Program-made: the position numbers and the translations under genes | Shown: piece after piece, positions 1 through 12,293 of the stretch | How the letters are laid out: each line of letters begins with the position of its first letter | How positions within the stretch are numbered: the first letter of the stretch is position 1 | Origin: Moniliella sp. 'wahieum' | Lineage: Eukaryota | Direction: 5' to 3' | DNA length: 64,000 nt | Assembly (NCBI GenBank): GCA_003971905.1 | Contig: RSEE01000053.1 | Location: 1 to 64,000 of the forward strand | Notes under the pieces: generated by a model | Told to the model about the DNA's origin: nothing | What the model saw: only the letters and a program-made list of their open reading frames with translations | Database searches by the model: none

Positions 1-2434
1 GGGTACCAGCAACGATCCTTCTAATTTGCTGAAGATCCGGAAGCTTGTGACCACTCCCTCTATTTCTTTCGTTCGTTCTCGCCATAATAATGCATGACGG
101 TTGCTAAAGAAATGTAGATTACGGAAACAAAACCCAACAAGCAAGAGGGCGCTACCCTGTTCTACCAGCAAAAGTGATGAAAAGGTATAAAACACTGGTT
201 GGGTAAGTCCCACCGGACTTCAATAGATGACCATCTGTATAGATATATTTTGCAACCCCGTCATGTCGCCAACATTGTCGGTGCCAGACCAAGAAGAATA
301 TCTTCCCCCACACCCCAAGCGAAGCGCAGTGCAAGCTATGTAATCAATGAGGCTATACCTGCTGTGGACAATAGGATGCTGTCGGGCTAGGACGGTCGGG
401 GCGTATACGGGGTTCCAAAGCTTACGATACTTCGCAAGACTCGGTTATTCCATTTCAAAATCCCACCACAACCTAAATACAAGTATCACCAGTTGTAATG
501 GCCGATGTTGAATCGACGCTTCTGTCCAAACGATGTTGTGCCCAAAAGAAAAGGGGTAACATTAGTTGGCTGATGATTATTAACATTGCAATACGCTTCA
601 TATATGTTGCGCGGATTAATTGCGAGCTACGCCGGTGACATTCGACCAGCTGGCACTGCAGCAGGGGTTTATTTTTTCTTTTTCTGAACCCTTGCTGTAA
701 ATGGATCATAGCCTTGTGGGAGTATGCAGTGAATGCTATGACGTTACCCCTCATCCCCAAGTTAGCTGCAAAAACCCTTATCTTCAATTTGGAAAAGTGC
801 TGCGGTCCTCCGTAGACGGTTCGCCTGTATGCAACGCGTTCGATTTCGTCTTCTGGCAGTAGTAATGATGAAACAGTATAATAAAGCAATGTATGTTTCT
901 GTGGTGTTAGCATGAACAGGCTTACCTCTAGCCCGAGCACGACTTAAGTCCCAACGATGGACAGTTTAATTCCGGATCTGGCTGCGTTATTGACGAACTT
1001 ACTTCTTTTAGTCTGTGCCATCCATACCTTCTACTGTCACCCAATGAGCATTGTTAATGATATCTGTCGAGAGCTATAGCTTATCTGCAGCTGATCATAC
1101 ACGGTGAAAGGGAATTTGGCCCGTAATCGTTTGTAGCGAATATATCACGTGCATCGGGGCGTAGTCGACAACGAGTTCAATGTCGCCCCAGTGCTTACAT
1201 ATTGCCTCCGGGTTCTCACAACGAACCACAAACTGTCATGTGGACGGAGGTTCATGAGTGTGTTCGACCGCGAAATCGACTATTTTTAGTTCCATCAATC
1301 GCGAATACAATTGGTTGCAAAAAATGGGTTGAATAGATTGATAGATTCTATTACCCCTCCAAGATGACCTGTGCATCATGTGTTCATTGGGATGCAGATA
1401 TTTCAGCTCTACTAGCGGACCACCAGACTAGCGGGTGAAAAGTGCAGAAACGGTGACTTGCAAAAAAATGATTTTTTCCTCCCCTAGTTAGGTGTCACTA
1501 GTTGTTGGACCCACCTGTTCATGTTAAGCGCCGGGGGTGCATCGAATTGTTACGGACTCCCGATTGACTACACATAATCTTCATGCTTTCTGAAGTCTCA
1601 TTGTCCGAGTCTGAATCAGGGAGTGTTTGGAATGTTTGTTTCGCCCGTCACGTCACCCAACAGTTGGCATGCCTATTGACACCTTCACGGCTTTCATCCT
1701 CATCCTCTGACTTCAGGTAGGTCTCAATATACATAGCACTTAATAGAATGGCAATGTCTGATCGTTGGTCAAAGGGAGGTGGGAGGATAGGAGCCTATAC
1801 GCATGGTAACAATGCATATGCCGTTCAGCTGATAACATGCGGAGAGAGAGCCTCCACGGGAACGAATTTGAGGGCAACAGCGACATTATTCGATTGTCAT
1901 TACATCTAATGGTAGCGCACTCGCCGTGACGAGCTTTGTGCATAGTTCGGCATCTAACAGAGAATCGTAACTATTGTGCAACTAACTGGGATTGGAGTGA
2001 AAAGTTATACATAACATTCACTACGTAGCTCACACCAGAGCTATACTCTCATTCACAAGAAAAGAGAGGCACGAGAAAATAAGACACTGCTGCTGCAGTT
2101 CAACTGGTTGCATGCACCAGTGTAATACCCAATTCATCCGCACAATAGTAACCTGCGATGCACATGTCAAAACTGGCTATGTTAGTTGTAAAGTTGGATC
2201 TACAAACCATTTATCTCATTCATCGGCAGGAGGCAATCCGATGTTTCATTTGTGTCTGGATGGACTCTGAATGCAATCCAAGGTCGAAATATATTCTGGG
2301 CATCATGTGTTGAAGTCAGTCTTGATTCTTTTCAAAATTTCAAAACAAACAGTGCGATAAGGTACAGCTTTAACGAATAGTGCTAGAGTGCGACTTGAGA
2401 GCACTCGCGATCCTATGGATCAGCTGCAAAGCAG

Positions 2435-2586
2435 CCTTCAGACAAGGCGTGAAGGCAAATGGTGAGCCACAAGTCTTCAAGCAACGTCTCATTGTGAGGA
2501 GCAACAGGTCAAGAAAGGAAGCAGAGGCGTCCTTCAGACAAGGCGTGAAGGCAAAGTGGTGAGCCACAAGTCTTCAAGCAACGTCT
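2435..2586. repeat. Direct repeat, two ~55-bp copies (2435-2489 and 2531-2586)
   Basis: CCTTCAGACAAGGCGTGAAGGCAAA(G)TGGTGAGCCACAAGTCTTCAAGCAACGTCT occurs twice, differing by one inserted base. Confidence 0.9.
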
Positions 2587-3491
2587 GAAGGGAAGGAGAA
2601 GAGAGAGAGAAGGGAGATGGAGCGAGCAGGGCGTGCGCGGCCTGCGAGCGGAACGCTTCCGCTCGGCTAGGCGAGCGTCACCGATCCATTGAGGCCGTGC
2701 AGGAGAACCCTAGCAGTACCCTCTAACAAATAGGTGTTCTGGTGGTGGATTGGATAGAGTTTTAGGGGGTATTGCTAACAAGGTGTCGGCTCGACCCAAT
2801 GTAACACTGGCCAGAACCAGCCTTCAACCCAGCATATACTCCTTACAAAGCAACGGTGTGTGCAGTTTACAATTGGCACAAAGGGCGGTCGTGTCATTCC
2901 ACCCACATGGTGTCACATGATGACGTATCTCAAGAGGTCTCGTGACTATAACGGGCAAAGGACGGATGTAGCGCCAAGAGCGCTCCCCGCGATTTGATTG
3001 GCTAAGAAACTGAGAGCGAGTTAGGAGATCTGGAGGGCGAAGTCGAGAACCGGGGGGGCAAGTAGTAAGAGGAGAGTTGCTTGTAGTGGAATGATCAATT
3101 GGCGAGGAAAGTTGGGAGAGACGCCAACTATGGACCGTGGGGAAATCCACCAACCATTGCTTACAGCCACAAGGACTAAAGGGGAAACAAGGGGAAACAA
3201 CGCAACAGAAGTAGAACGGGGTGCAGAGGAACACGGCATGCCTGCGCCGATCAAACTTGAAGCTTGGAGTGAATGCTTTGGATACACTGACGGCTGCGGA
3301 CTTTGTATAAGTTTCCATGTCCTGGCTCTTCGGGTTTAAAGCACGTTGTTTTCCTATGGGGCATATAAACTTCCTTTAGTGTTTTCCCAGAATCAGCGCC
3401 GTAGCATTCATCTATTTGCCGGTATAGTGTCTCCGCTTGGAAATATCCATAGTGAGAAGGCACAGCCCGGGGGAAATAGTGAGGAAAAGAG

Positions 3492-3563
3492 AGGCTCGAA
3501 TGGGGATCGAACCCATGGCATCGCCGATTGGTCAGTGACGCGTTACCACTACGCCATCGAGCT
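3492..3563 (-). ncRNA. tRNA-like element (tRNA pseudogene or SINE head)
   Basis: Minus strand folds as AGCTCGA-TG-GCGT-AGTGGTA-ACGC-G-TCACT-GACCAATC-GGCGA-TGCC-ATGGG-TTCGATC-CCCAT-TCGAGCC. A box (TGGCGTAGTGG), B box (GGTTCGATCC), D stem and T stem are intact. The anticodon arm is non-canonical. Confidence 0.7.
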
Positions 3564-4432
3564 GCGATAGGAGCAGCTGTAGGATCACAGAGTCTCTCCG
3601 CTGCGAAAGCACAAACCACAAGGGTAGAAGGCGAACAGGCAGACATCTCCTCCCTATTACTATAGGTTGCATGCTGGCTACTAATATATCAACGCCGCTG
3701 ACGTTTCAGTGCTAGACAATATACCCAACAGAGAGAGTTTTGTCTTCGTCGCTGGTGGTTCATACACCTGCTTCACAGTTGATGCGGCATTACTATTCAG
3801 ACTCTTCATCCTCGTTGGTAGCGTCCAAAACAGATGCGTGGGACGGGCGAATGGTCCGCGTAATGGGCCTACGCCGTCTCGCGCCCTCTTGGCGGTATGC
3901 TGAAGGAGCAGCACCCACAGCAGCCCGGTGGCGTTGAGCTATCACTTGGGCCAGTGTGCCGGCTTCGCTGTGCTTTGTTCTCGCTTGTCCAGGCGCAAAT
4001 CGAGGTTTCCGTGGCCCTTTGGAGAGGTTTTCAATGCGTACTCCACCAGGACATGCTTGAGATGCGCAACATGCCGAATAGTACCGATTCAAACCAAGAT
4101 TTGGTTGATGCCGATGGCTTTTGAAGGTAACATATCCTGTCAGGCAATGCTTGGGCGGTTAGCCTCGAGCAACCATTGAATCGCCAAATGTTTTGCGGAG
4201 GGAGCGTACCAGGCGTTTTTTTGGCCCTGATATCAGCCAAGCATTGAGCGATCAGATTCGACGCACTTGGGGGGCGAAGGAATTGCACCCTCTGTTTCCT
4301 TGCCATTGAGGGAAGGTTCTGGCGATATCGCATGCGGCTGGCAGATTTGTTTCTTGGGGAGATGGTGATGGTGTCGCTGTAGGAGAGTTTAGCTAGGTGA
4401 ACAGGTGTCTCTGTCCGGAAGTGGGCTTGAAC

Positions 4433-4661
4433 TGATGAGACCTGGAGTGTGGATGGTCTTTGAGGGTGATGCAATCGCACTGGTGGTGGAGGTGGTCTAA
4501 GCCAACCAGCAACACCTACAAGGAACAGCAAGCAGCGAGTCGCCACCAGGGGTTATGCTGCGGAACAAGGAAAACAGGAGAGAGAAAACAACAGAACTCC
4601 CAGGCCTAAGGAGGAACTGAAGGGACATTGGCCAAAGCACGACCCACCCGATGGCTCAACA
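4433..4661 (-). mobile_element. Solo LTR, family A (~230 bp)
   Basis: Ends TGTTGAG...CTCATCA on the minus strand, with a perfect 5-bp target-site duplication TGAAC (4428-4432 and 4662-4666). Homologous end to end with 28420-28654. Strand is given relative to that copy. Confidence 0.88.
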
Positions 4662-5079
4662 TGAACTGTCTGTCCGTTTACTTATTTCTCCCCATGTCAG
4701 GCAGTATGCGGGTCTTATTTTGCAGGGCTGGGCTCGCTGAGCGCCCAGCCGGAGCCCGAAGGCTGAGGTTACCGTAGGGCTTACCAGTGACCGGTGACCA
4801 GTTAACGTTTAACGTACTTTAACATGCTTCGTGCGAGCGACCCTGCCCCGCACGGGCTTCAGCCGCCTCACGTCGCAGGGCAGCACAGCATGCTCTCCAG
4901 CACCATGCTTCTGTTTTGGGGGTGATGCAGGATGATCGCTGAAACAGCGGCCCCAGGCCTCAATTTGAGGTGGTAAATCAATTCACGCTCCGCAAATCTC
5001 AGCTCGATCGACCCCTGGGAATCCGACCCCTGGTGGGGAAGCGACCACACAGCTGCATCCATTTTAAGCGAACTGCATG

Positions 5080-6560
5080 CCCCCGCCCACCACCTTTCCC
5101 GCCATCATCTTGCTCTTGAACCAGTACTGCCACTCTACAATGCCTCCCTCCACCGTCAGGACGCCCTAGTAACAGCAACGCCGCTCGCCGCCCGAGAGGG
5201 AGATCCACGACGTATCAACCCTGAGCCGGAGCCCGTGGTGGAGACTGCTTTCGACGGTGACGAACCGTCCCCTGAAGAACCACCTGGTGGCACCAGTAGG
5301 GTCAACAGCGATTCCGACATCGACTCCGACGGCGGAGAGGGAAAAGAGGAGTACGAACCGAGACTTACGTTGTAGTCCCTCCCTCCCTGGTTCCCGTGTT
5401 GGTTCGTGAAATGATTATACGGGGTCAATTGAACCAGCAGACGACGACGATGAACAACGAAGAAGTTGCGCTGGATCTTGACGCTGACACCTTGTTCCCC
5501 CGCACAATGGACGCTGACGAAGAGAGCTCCGTTAATCAGGACGAATTTGCTGGCATTCCCCCTCTGATCTGGCCCTTTCGCCGGGTTGGATCCATATTTC
5601 ATCGATCCCCTCGTTACAAGGGCAACATTGATCACTCAGCGAGGAAAGCCTATGCGAGATCAAGACTCTTCGGGTTCTCTTTTTTGTCAATCAATGCGAA
5701 GCAGGAGTCGTTGGCCAAAGGCTTTACCATGTCCAACCCACGCCAGTATTTCGAACGCTTACTGGAGCACAAAAAGGTCAGGACCATCAGCTCTCGCCGC
5801 ACACCCCAGGATTACTTTGAACTATACTGACACTTTCTCTTTCCATGAACGGATCGCCACTGACAGAAATGGTACAAATGGCTCGCGGTATGGGTTTGTC
5901 TGCATCCCGAGAGCAGCATCGGCAACAATTAAGGATTTAGGCTTTTGGTTTTCTGTCCACAAGCGGCTTGTTCCCCGCGAGGTCTGGAAGAGTTCACTTT
6001 TGACCTGGGACAACTCCTGGCCCATATCCTTCGTGTGACAAAAAGTTTGTCCAAGTTCTGTTGACCGTGTTCCAGAAAGAAGCCGACTTGGTCGACCATG
6101 CGTCGTCGCATTTTCGATTTGGCGGTACGCGTTTTTTATGCTTACACTGGTCATGACCTTGCTACCCCCTAACCTAACTCATTGCTTTGGAAAAGAAGGT
6201 GGCCACAGGAGATGGTGAATGTGTGGTCCTGGGTGCTGAAGGGGCATCAAGTTTGAAGGGCAACGTTTAAGGCCGCGATGGCGAAAGTTGATGTGGCCGC
6301 AGTCCAGAATGGACACCCTAACCCACCCAACAAATGCATTTGATGATCGAACTTACGATTAAACAAGTGCGAATTGCTTGGATATATACCCTTGGCGCAA
6401 ACATGAGGTTAAGCGAAGTATTTTCTATTATAGCGAGATTTGGATAATGGCCAAACCCACTAGAGCTTATGGCCGTGCTTTTAAACCATTTGTTCCGGGA
6501 ACTTGGGTTTATCCCATACCAACCCCGCAGCCGTGCAGCCAGCGTCCGCCCGTCACTGTT
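5080..6560 (+). pseudogene. Degenerate or frameshifted coding region of unknown family
   Basis: Overlapping protein-like ORF pieces (5396-5830, 5586-6038, 6378-6650), an acidic N-terminal part and an intron-like GTACGC...CTAAC segment near 6125-6200. No recognisable domain. Confidence 0.3.
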
Positions 6561-8934
6561 ATGGGGTGCTCCGGTCATCTCTCCGGACACCGAGCCCCGC
6601 ATTTCGTAGAACTCTCATCGAAGCACACGCCAGCCCCTCGACATTTGTGAGTAAGAGTCAGCACGGACCACTTACCGCGGATATGTTCCGCGGAGAGCCA
6701 CAGGAAAGGACCGGACTTAGCGGTACGAGGCTTCGTATCCGCGGCGTCCGGTCTTGATAGAACTCCACATCGACTGAGGCCCACCGGATCGCAGTCTGCC
6801 AGGCAGAACACAGGCCGCCCTTTACCTTTTACTATGATTGTAGACTCCCCTTCCTTCTGTTGATGCCTATTCTGATGTTACGGTATATACTATAAGCAGC
6901 CCGATCTGAGGCTTGCTGGCGGTGATCCTCACCGCCCAACCCCCGTCTACCCTAGTCTACCTACGTCAATTCACGTCTATACCCCCGACTTCCCTCTCCA
7001 TTCTTCACCCTTATACGCTTACAGGATCATTAGCTTGACTGCTAAATTACTCTCAAACTTGGTTGGGCTTTTTTGGGAGCGAGCTTCGTCAGTAACAGGT
7101 TTTAGATCGGATCGAATCGGCGGAACCCGTAGCAAAGGTGTGTCCGAGTACGACCAGGGAAGATATTGTGACGTGACGATACAGTATCCACCGAAAGCAG
7201 CTTTGCCATATCTTTTCCTCCTGGTCGCAGGCTGTTTGAAGGGGAGGGAGATATGACGCTATAACGTTTTCTTTTAGACCTCTCTTCCACCGTTTAGTAG
7301 CCGACTGAGTTCTTCTGCACGGATCTGTGGGGTGGAAGGACTTCTGGTGTAGTAACTCTGTAATCAGTTCTTCCCGTCCCCACTTACTCTAACTTTGTCC
7401 TCCGCGCCTGCTGCAACCAATCCCTCTTTTGACATGTCTTCCTTTATGCCACGGGCGACGATAAGTCGCCTTGCACACAGCCACTTTCACTCACTTATTG
7501 TCCCTCTCGCTTCTTGGCTCCTCTTCGTATCACTAGTCAAGTTCTCTATCGTTCGCTATTGCTCTCGCTATCATGATTCGGATTCTCGGCCTACCTACAA
7601 AACCCACAACAATCGTTTCTTCTCCGCTCGCGCACGTCTAAAATCCAAACACTAATATACATATGGTTTCGACTCCGTTTCTGTGGCCTCCCGTTTCTGG
7701 TATCGGGTCCGTTTTGCCCTTGACCCTCGCCTCGTCTCTCACCTCGTGCCTCTCGTGCTTGGGCTTGACTTCTTCCCTTTGACTTGTTTCCCCTTTTCGC
7801 TGCAGACCTGTTGGTCTTTCCTTTGTTTCCCTTCTCTTCTATAAAACCAGCCTGTTCTTAGACCCAATCGTGATGGCCTAAGCCATACACAATTCTTTCC
7901 CCTCACCCTTCTTCTATTAGGCAAGCTCCATTCTAGAAGAACTATACCTTTTCGATCAGCTCACTTGTCCTCCCTCGCCCATCGGAGCTCCCCGCTTCCT
8001 CGTCCGGCCCCCCAACGTGCAACCTCATTTGCTCACGCTGCCTGGATCTGCCCGACGAACAGCAAAGCTCTACTCGCGACCCTCCTACGTTCACGCCCGT
8101 GTTGTTCCTTGGACATTGGATCTGAAACGCGTTCAGTACTCCGTGAGTCTTGTCTCCGATGGGCAGGGAAGGTCTCCGCCTGGGAAGCCAGCAACCCCAT
8201 TACACTTTTTATACGCCTATATTGCCTCTATTTTTCAGTTTCGATCTAGCCTCTACCGGGGAGCTCTACCCCTGTGGTTGGTGGAGATGCTTTCCTCACC
8301 TGCCCAACTCCTGACCGTTTCCAGCCAATTGATTCAGTACAGGCAACCTCGTCTCCACTTAGTTGCCTCTTCGTCTTCCGGCCTCGTCACCTAGCCGGTT
8401 CCATCCGCCCAGTCGCGCGAGCCTTCCGTTAGCCGCGTCGAGGCCCGGTACCAGCCTATCGCGCGGGTTCCTTTCCAGCCACCTCGTCAGCTGCTCCTGT
8501 TCAGTCCCAGCTCTGATGGCAGTGTTGTCCTCCACTGCTTCTACCTTTCCTCAAGGCCCGGAGGCTTAAGACACGTTAGTACTACCGCCCGAGCCGGGGC
8601 GCACGCAGCCTTGCCACACGTGCAGCCGCCTCCGCTTCACGCACAAAAAGGCCTCTCCTCGTCCCGAGTTCCATTCGGATCTACCAACTAGTCCAAACCC
8701 GAAACTACCGTAAGTCGTCCTTCCGTCTGCTAAGGGGCTGTACCCCACAAACCTGAGCGAGCCCCTGGCCGGGCCCGCCCGTGATAGAAGCTTGATCCAG
8801 GGGGGTGAGAATTTAGCGGGAAAGAGTGCCAAGTACCAGGAAAGAGGTGCTCATCTGAAATCCGTTTCCCCCCCTGGTGGCAATGACGACGCGTGCTACC
8901 AAGACTAATGAGAAAATGTTTGACTCCAAACATG

Positions 8935-8990
8935 ACTGACTCCACACACTGACTCCGCACACTGACCCCGCAGACTGTGACCCCGCACAC
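8935..8990. repeat. Degenerate ~13-bp tandem repeat (about 4 copies)
   Basis: ACTGACTCCACAC, ACTGACTCCGCAC, ACTGACCCCGCAG, ACTGTGACCCCGCAC in succession. Confidence 0.7.
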
Positions 8991-9671
8991 CACCAAGAAA
9001 TTGAACTAATTCGTAGTCAGTGAAATTCTCTTTGCAGGTGTGGTGTGCCGGTCCGCCGTCACACGCGCGACATTCGGTTTGGGAACGAATGGGGGAGGGA
9101 CGAAAGGGCCTTGACTTGGTGGCAACGTCACTAGCCCTGGCCTTCCAATTGTGGGAAAACGCGCTGAAGAGCTGTCAGTCAACGTGGGATGAGCGAGGCG
9201 TTTCCCTCCACACTGTTCCTGTGCGGATCTTCCGCCCACCCACGATACCATGATTAATGATTATGCGCATCATTTCATTTGATGGGCTTCCCGCCTTGGT
9301 TTGCCTCCCGCCATGACCGTTGTTGAATGCAGGCAAGCCGCGTCGGCGGCGTAGGCGTCGTTTCCAGGCGATGAGGAGGGGGTAGATGGAGGGAGGGAGG
9401 GATAGACGGAGGGACACGTGCATGGATGGGTGATGCAGATCGATGCGTGCTGACCAGTGATCGATGGACGTGGAAGGGGCCCTGGCGGGTAGGGTTGCGG
9501 CCGGCGCAGCATGCGGCCGGCAGGGCGGCAGTGTGGGCGGGTCAGGCCGGTGGGGGTGGGCCGCCCGGGCACGGGGCCCGTGTGGCGGTGGGCGGCCACT
9601 TTAATGCATCCCAGCAGTCCTCGTCTAACCCGCCGCCTCCCACCCGCGGCCAAAATTTGGGCGCCGGCGCC

Positions 9672-11709
9672 ATGCGCTCGCGCCTGCCCGTCGCCTCCCT
9701 TTGCTCGCCCATCGTCCCCAACCGCCAACGCGCCATGTCGGTCGCTGCTGCCCCGCCTGTGCGCGTCTACCCCTCCTCCCCCGCCCCCGCCGCCCCGCCC
9801 TCTTCTGCCTCCGCACTGCCCACACCCATGTCCCTGCCGGCCGGGAGCATGCCCCATGTGCGCCGCAAGCCCTCGCCCCTGCCCTCCGACGCATCTCTGC
9901 CCTCGCACCCCCGGACGCTACCCGCCTCCCGCCCGCCCCTCTCCACTTCTGCTGCCTACAACACCCACATCCGCCGCGCCACTGACTTTGGGCCTTCGCC
10001 CTCTCCTCGGGCCGCCAGCACCATCGGCTCCTTTTCCACCCTCGACCACCAGCCCCCCTCGTTTTCAGGTCCTCCCCCCCCCGCCCCGGGTCCGATCCAG
10101 CTACTGGCGATCCGGGTGCCCCGCCCCGCCGCGGCGTCTTCCACCGCAAGTTCAATGCCTCCACCGACAACATCTCCCTTTCCTCCCGCCTCTCCATCTC
10201 CTCTACTGTCTCGAGCGCCAGCGTCATGATCCGGCGCAGCGCCCATTCCATCGGCGCCGGCGTCTCGCGCAGCCGCACCAAGATCTCCCGTGCGAGTAAG
10301 CACTCCATTATGGGCATCTCCAACATCTTCTCCAAGGACAAAAAGAAGGAGGATGTTCGCCCTACACTTTCCCCCCTTGCTCCTGCTACTACTACTACTA
10401 CTCCTACTCCTCCTGCTACTACTACTACTACTTCCGCACTCCAAACAAACGCCACCCCTCTTCCAACCACCATTTCTCCATCGGGGGAAACATCGCGTGC
10501 CGCCAGTGCGGGTGTCTCTGTGTCCCACATGACCATCGAGTCGGACGCGGCCGCGGCCACGCGGCAAGGCCTTACGCCTGCTGCCTTTTAGTGCGGCAAA
10601 TGCAAGAGGCTGAACAAGCGCGAGTGCAGTCGCACCAAGCCTCCTCGGGATCGGAGCATGGCCCCGAACTCAGCCCGCGGGAAGCGATGGTGGAGCGAGA
10701 GAAACAGCGGCTCAAGTCGCAGAGGGCAGACAAGCCGCGATGGACAGCCCGCGTGTTTCGGGAGGAGAAGATACCCGCGCCCACTGCCTCTGGGCCAACA
10801 CTAAGTGCTAACCAGGTAGCCGCCTTGCAAGGTGGCCCCCAACGCTCTCCCTACCCGCAGCTCAAAAGAGATGTCGGATGCTCTTCTGCGCCATGCGGCG
10901 GACCTTCAGGCGGATGCAGCCCCTCAGCTGCCCTGGCGCGGGACGAGCGCCGGACAGAGGAACAGCGCGATGAACGCAATGCCTCTTCTTTTTACGACGT
11001 GGACCAATCTTGGGCCCCTGAGCTACCCCCACTGGATTTGTCTGACAATCCGCTTTTGGACCCCAACATCGAGGTGCTCACTCCACCCCGCGCTGCTCCT
11101 GCTCCTGCACCGCTTATGTCCCCCAGTCACCATCACCCCGCAAGCGGCTCCGTCGTCTCGGTGGCCAGTCTGCATAGCTTGGGCACCGACTCCTCCGCTC
11201 CCTCTGTCGCACCCGAGACAGACTCGCTCCGCCAATGGGCCGAGGGCATTGAGCGCGGTCGTCTTTCCGCCGCTCGAGCCCCGACGCCTCGCAGCATCCT
11301 CAAGAAACGGGAGGGCGCATTCAGCTCTGCCCCGACTCCGGAAGGGTCCGCTCCTCCCTCGCTTACCTCCACCCCACCTTCTGCCTCGTTGCCTTTACAT
11401 GCAGGCACCCCGCCGCCGCCCCTGGGGACCACAACGAGTCCCCTGCCTCGTATGCCGTCTGCTTCTGTTGTTGCCATGTCTCCGGCACAGAGCATGAGCG
11501 GAGGCGGGAGACGGATCGTGTTTGCCCCTCGGGCGCAAATGCATTCTACCTGGCCTGCTCACATTTACGATCGCCGTGGAGAGCTAACGACTGCCAACCG
11601 TCTCACTCCCGTCTTGGCGCAGCAAATCAAAGAGGAACTGAACGCGTACAAGATGGAGGAGATGCCGGTCGCCCCTTCGTCGCGCATGTTTACCCAATTT
11701 TTCGTCTAG
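9672..11709 (+). CDS. BNI4: Bni4-like protein phosphatase 1 (Glc7) targeting protein; frameshifted, start uncertain
   Basis: C-terminus RRIVFAPRAQMHSTWPAHIYDRRGELTTANRLTPVLAQQIKEELNAYKMEEMPVAPSSRMFTQFFV matches the Bni4/Phactr PP1-binding domain (RVxF-like motif, W..YDRR, IKEELN). An upstream SILKK motif and a low-complexity Pro/Ser N-terminus are spread over ORFs 9426, 10226 and 10591. Confidence 0.8.
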
Positions 11710-12293
11710 GCCCTGGACGCTCGCTATGGGTGCTGTGGTACGTGGGGCTCGGTCCTTCATTTTGGAAAGCGACTGCTGGTGCTTAGCAGACACTCAGCTA
11801 CGCTCCAGGTGGACCCGTGAGCGGCCTCTGTGGATGGCAACGCCTTGGTTTAATGGACTGTGCTTATTCCCTCACCTCACCCTCTGCCCGGGCGAGGACC
11901 TGAGGACTCCCCCTCCCCTCCCCTTTCCTTTCCTTTTCTTTCCTTTCCTTCCCTTCCCTTCCCTCCGCTCATCTTCTCCCCTCTCCCCTCTCCATCCCTT
12001 CCATGCGCTTGATCTGCTGTGAGGATCTTCCCCTCCTTTGCAATTCTTGTTTGTCTTCCCTTCGCGATATATACTCGTCCACAGGGCCTGCTCCTCGGCC
12101 TTCTTCCAGACAGCTCCCGCTGAGCTGTGCTCAGCCTGAGCGATCGCTAGCAGATAGATGGAAAGCGGAATCCTAATTCCGCCCTCGGCCCCACGACAGG
12201 TTTTTTTTTTTGGGTAGCGAAACCTCATAGCGGCAACCAACCCACCAGCTCTACTGCTAGTTCCTAGACCCATCTGACCTGGGAAGTACGCAG

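Noticed and set aside
470..1300. Minus-strand Ulp1-like motif (IINNAHWVTVE) and apparent 21-27-nt mini-introns
   Set aside because: No splicing pattern I tried gave an open frame, and the catalytic Asp and Cys motifs were not found.
4300..4335. DIARTFP, resembling a TBC Rab-GAP motif
   Set aside because: Isolated 7-residue match surrounded by stops, with no other TBC motifs.
6876..7023. TGTTACG...CGCTTACA segment as a solo LTR
   Set aside because: No TSD and no second copy in the window.
4730..8764. 12-bp inverted match as TIRs of a 4-kb DNA transposon
   Set aside because: The match does not extend, there is no TSD, and no transposase motif was recognised.
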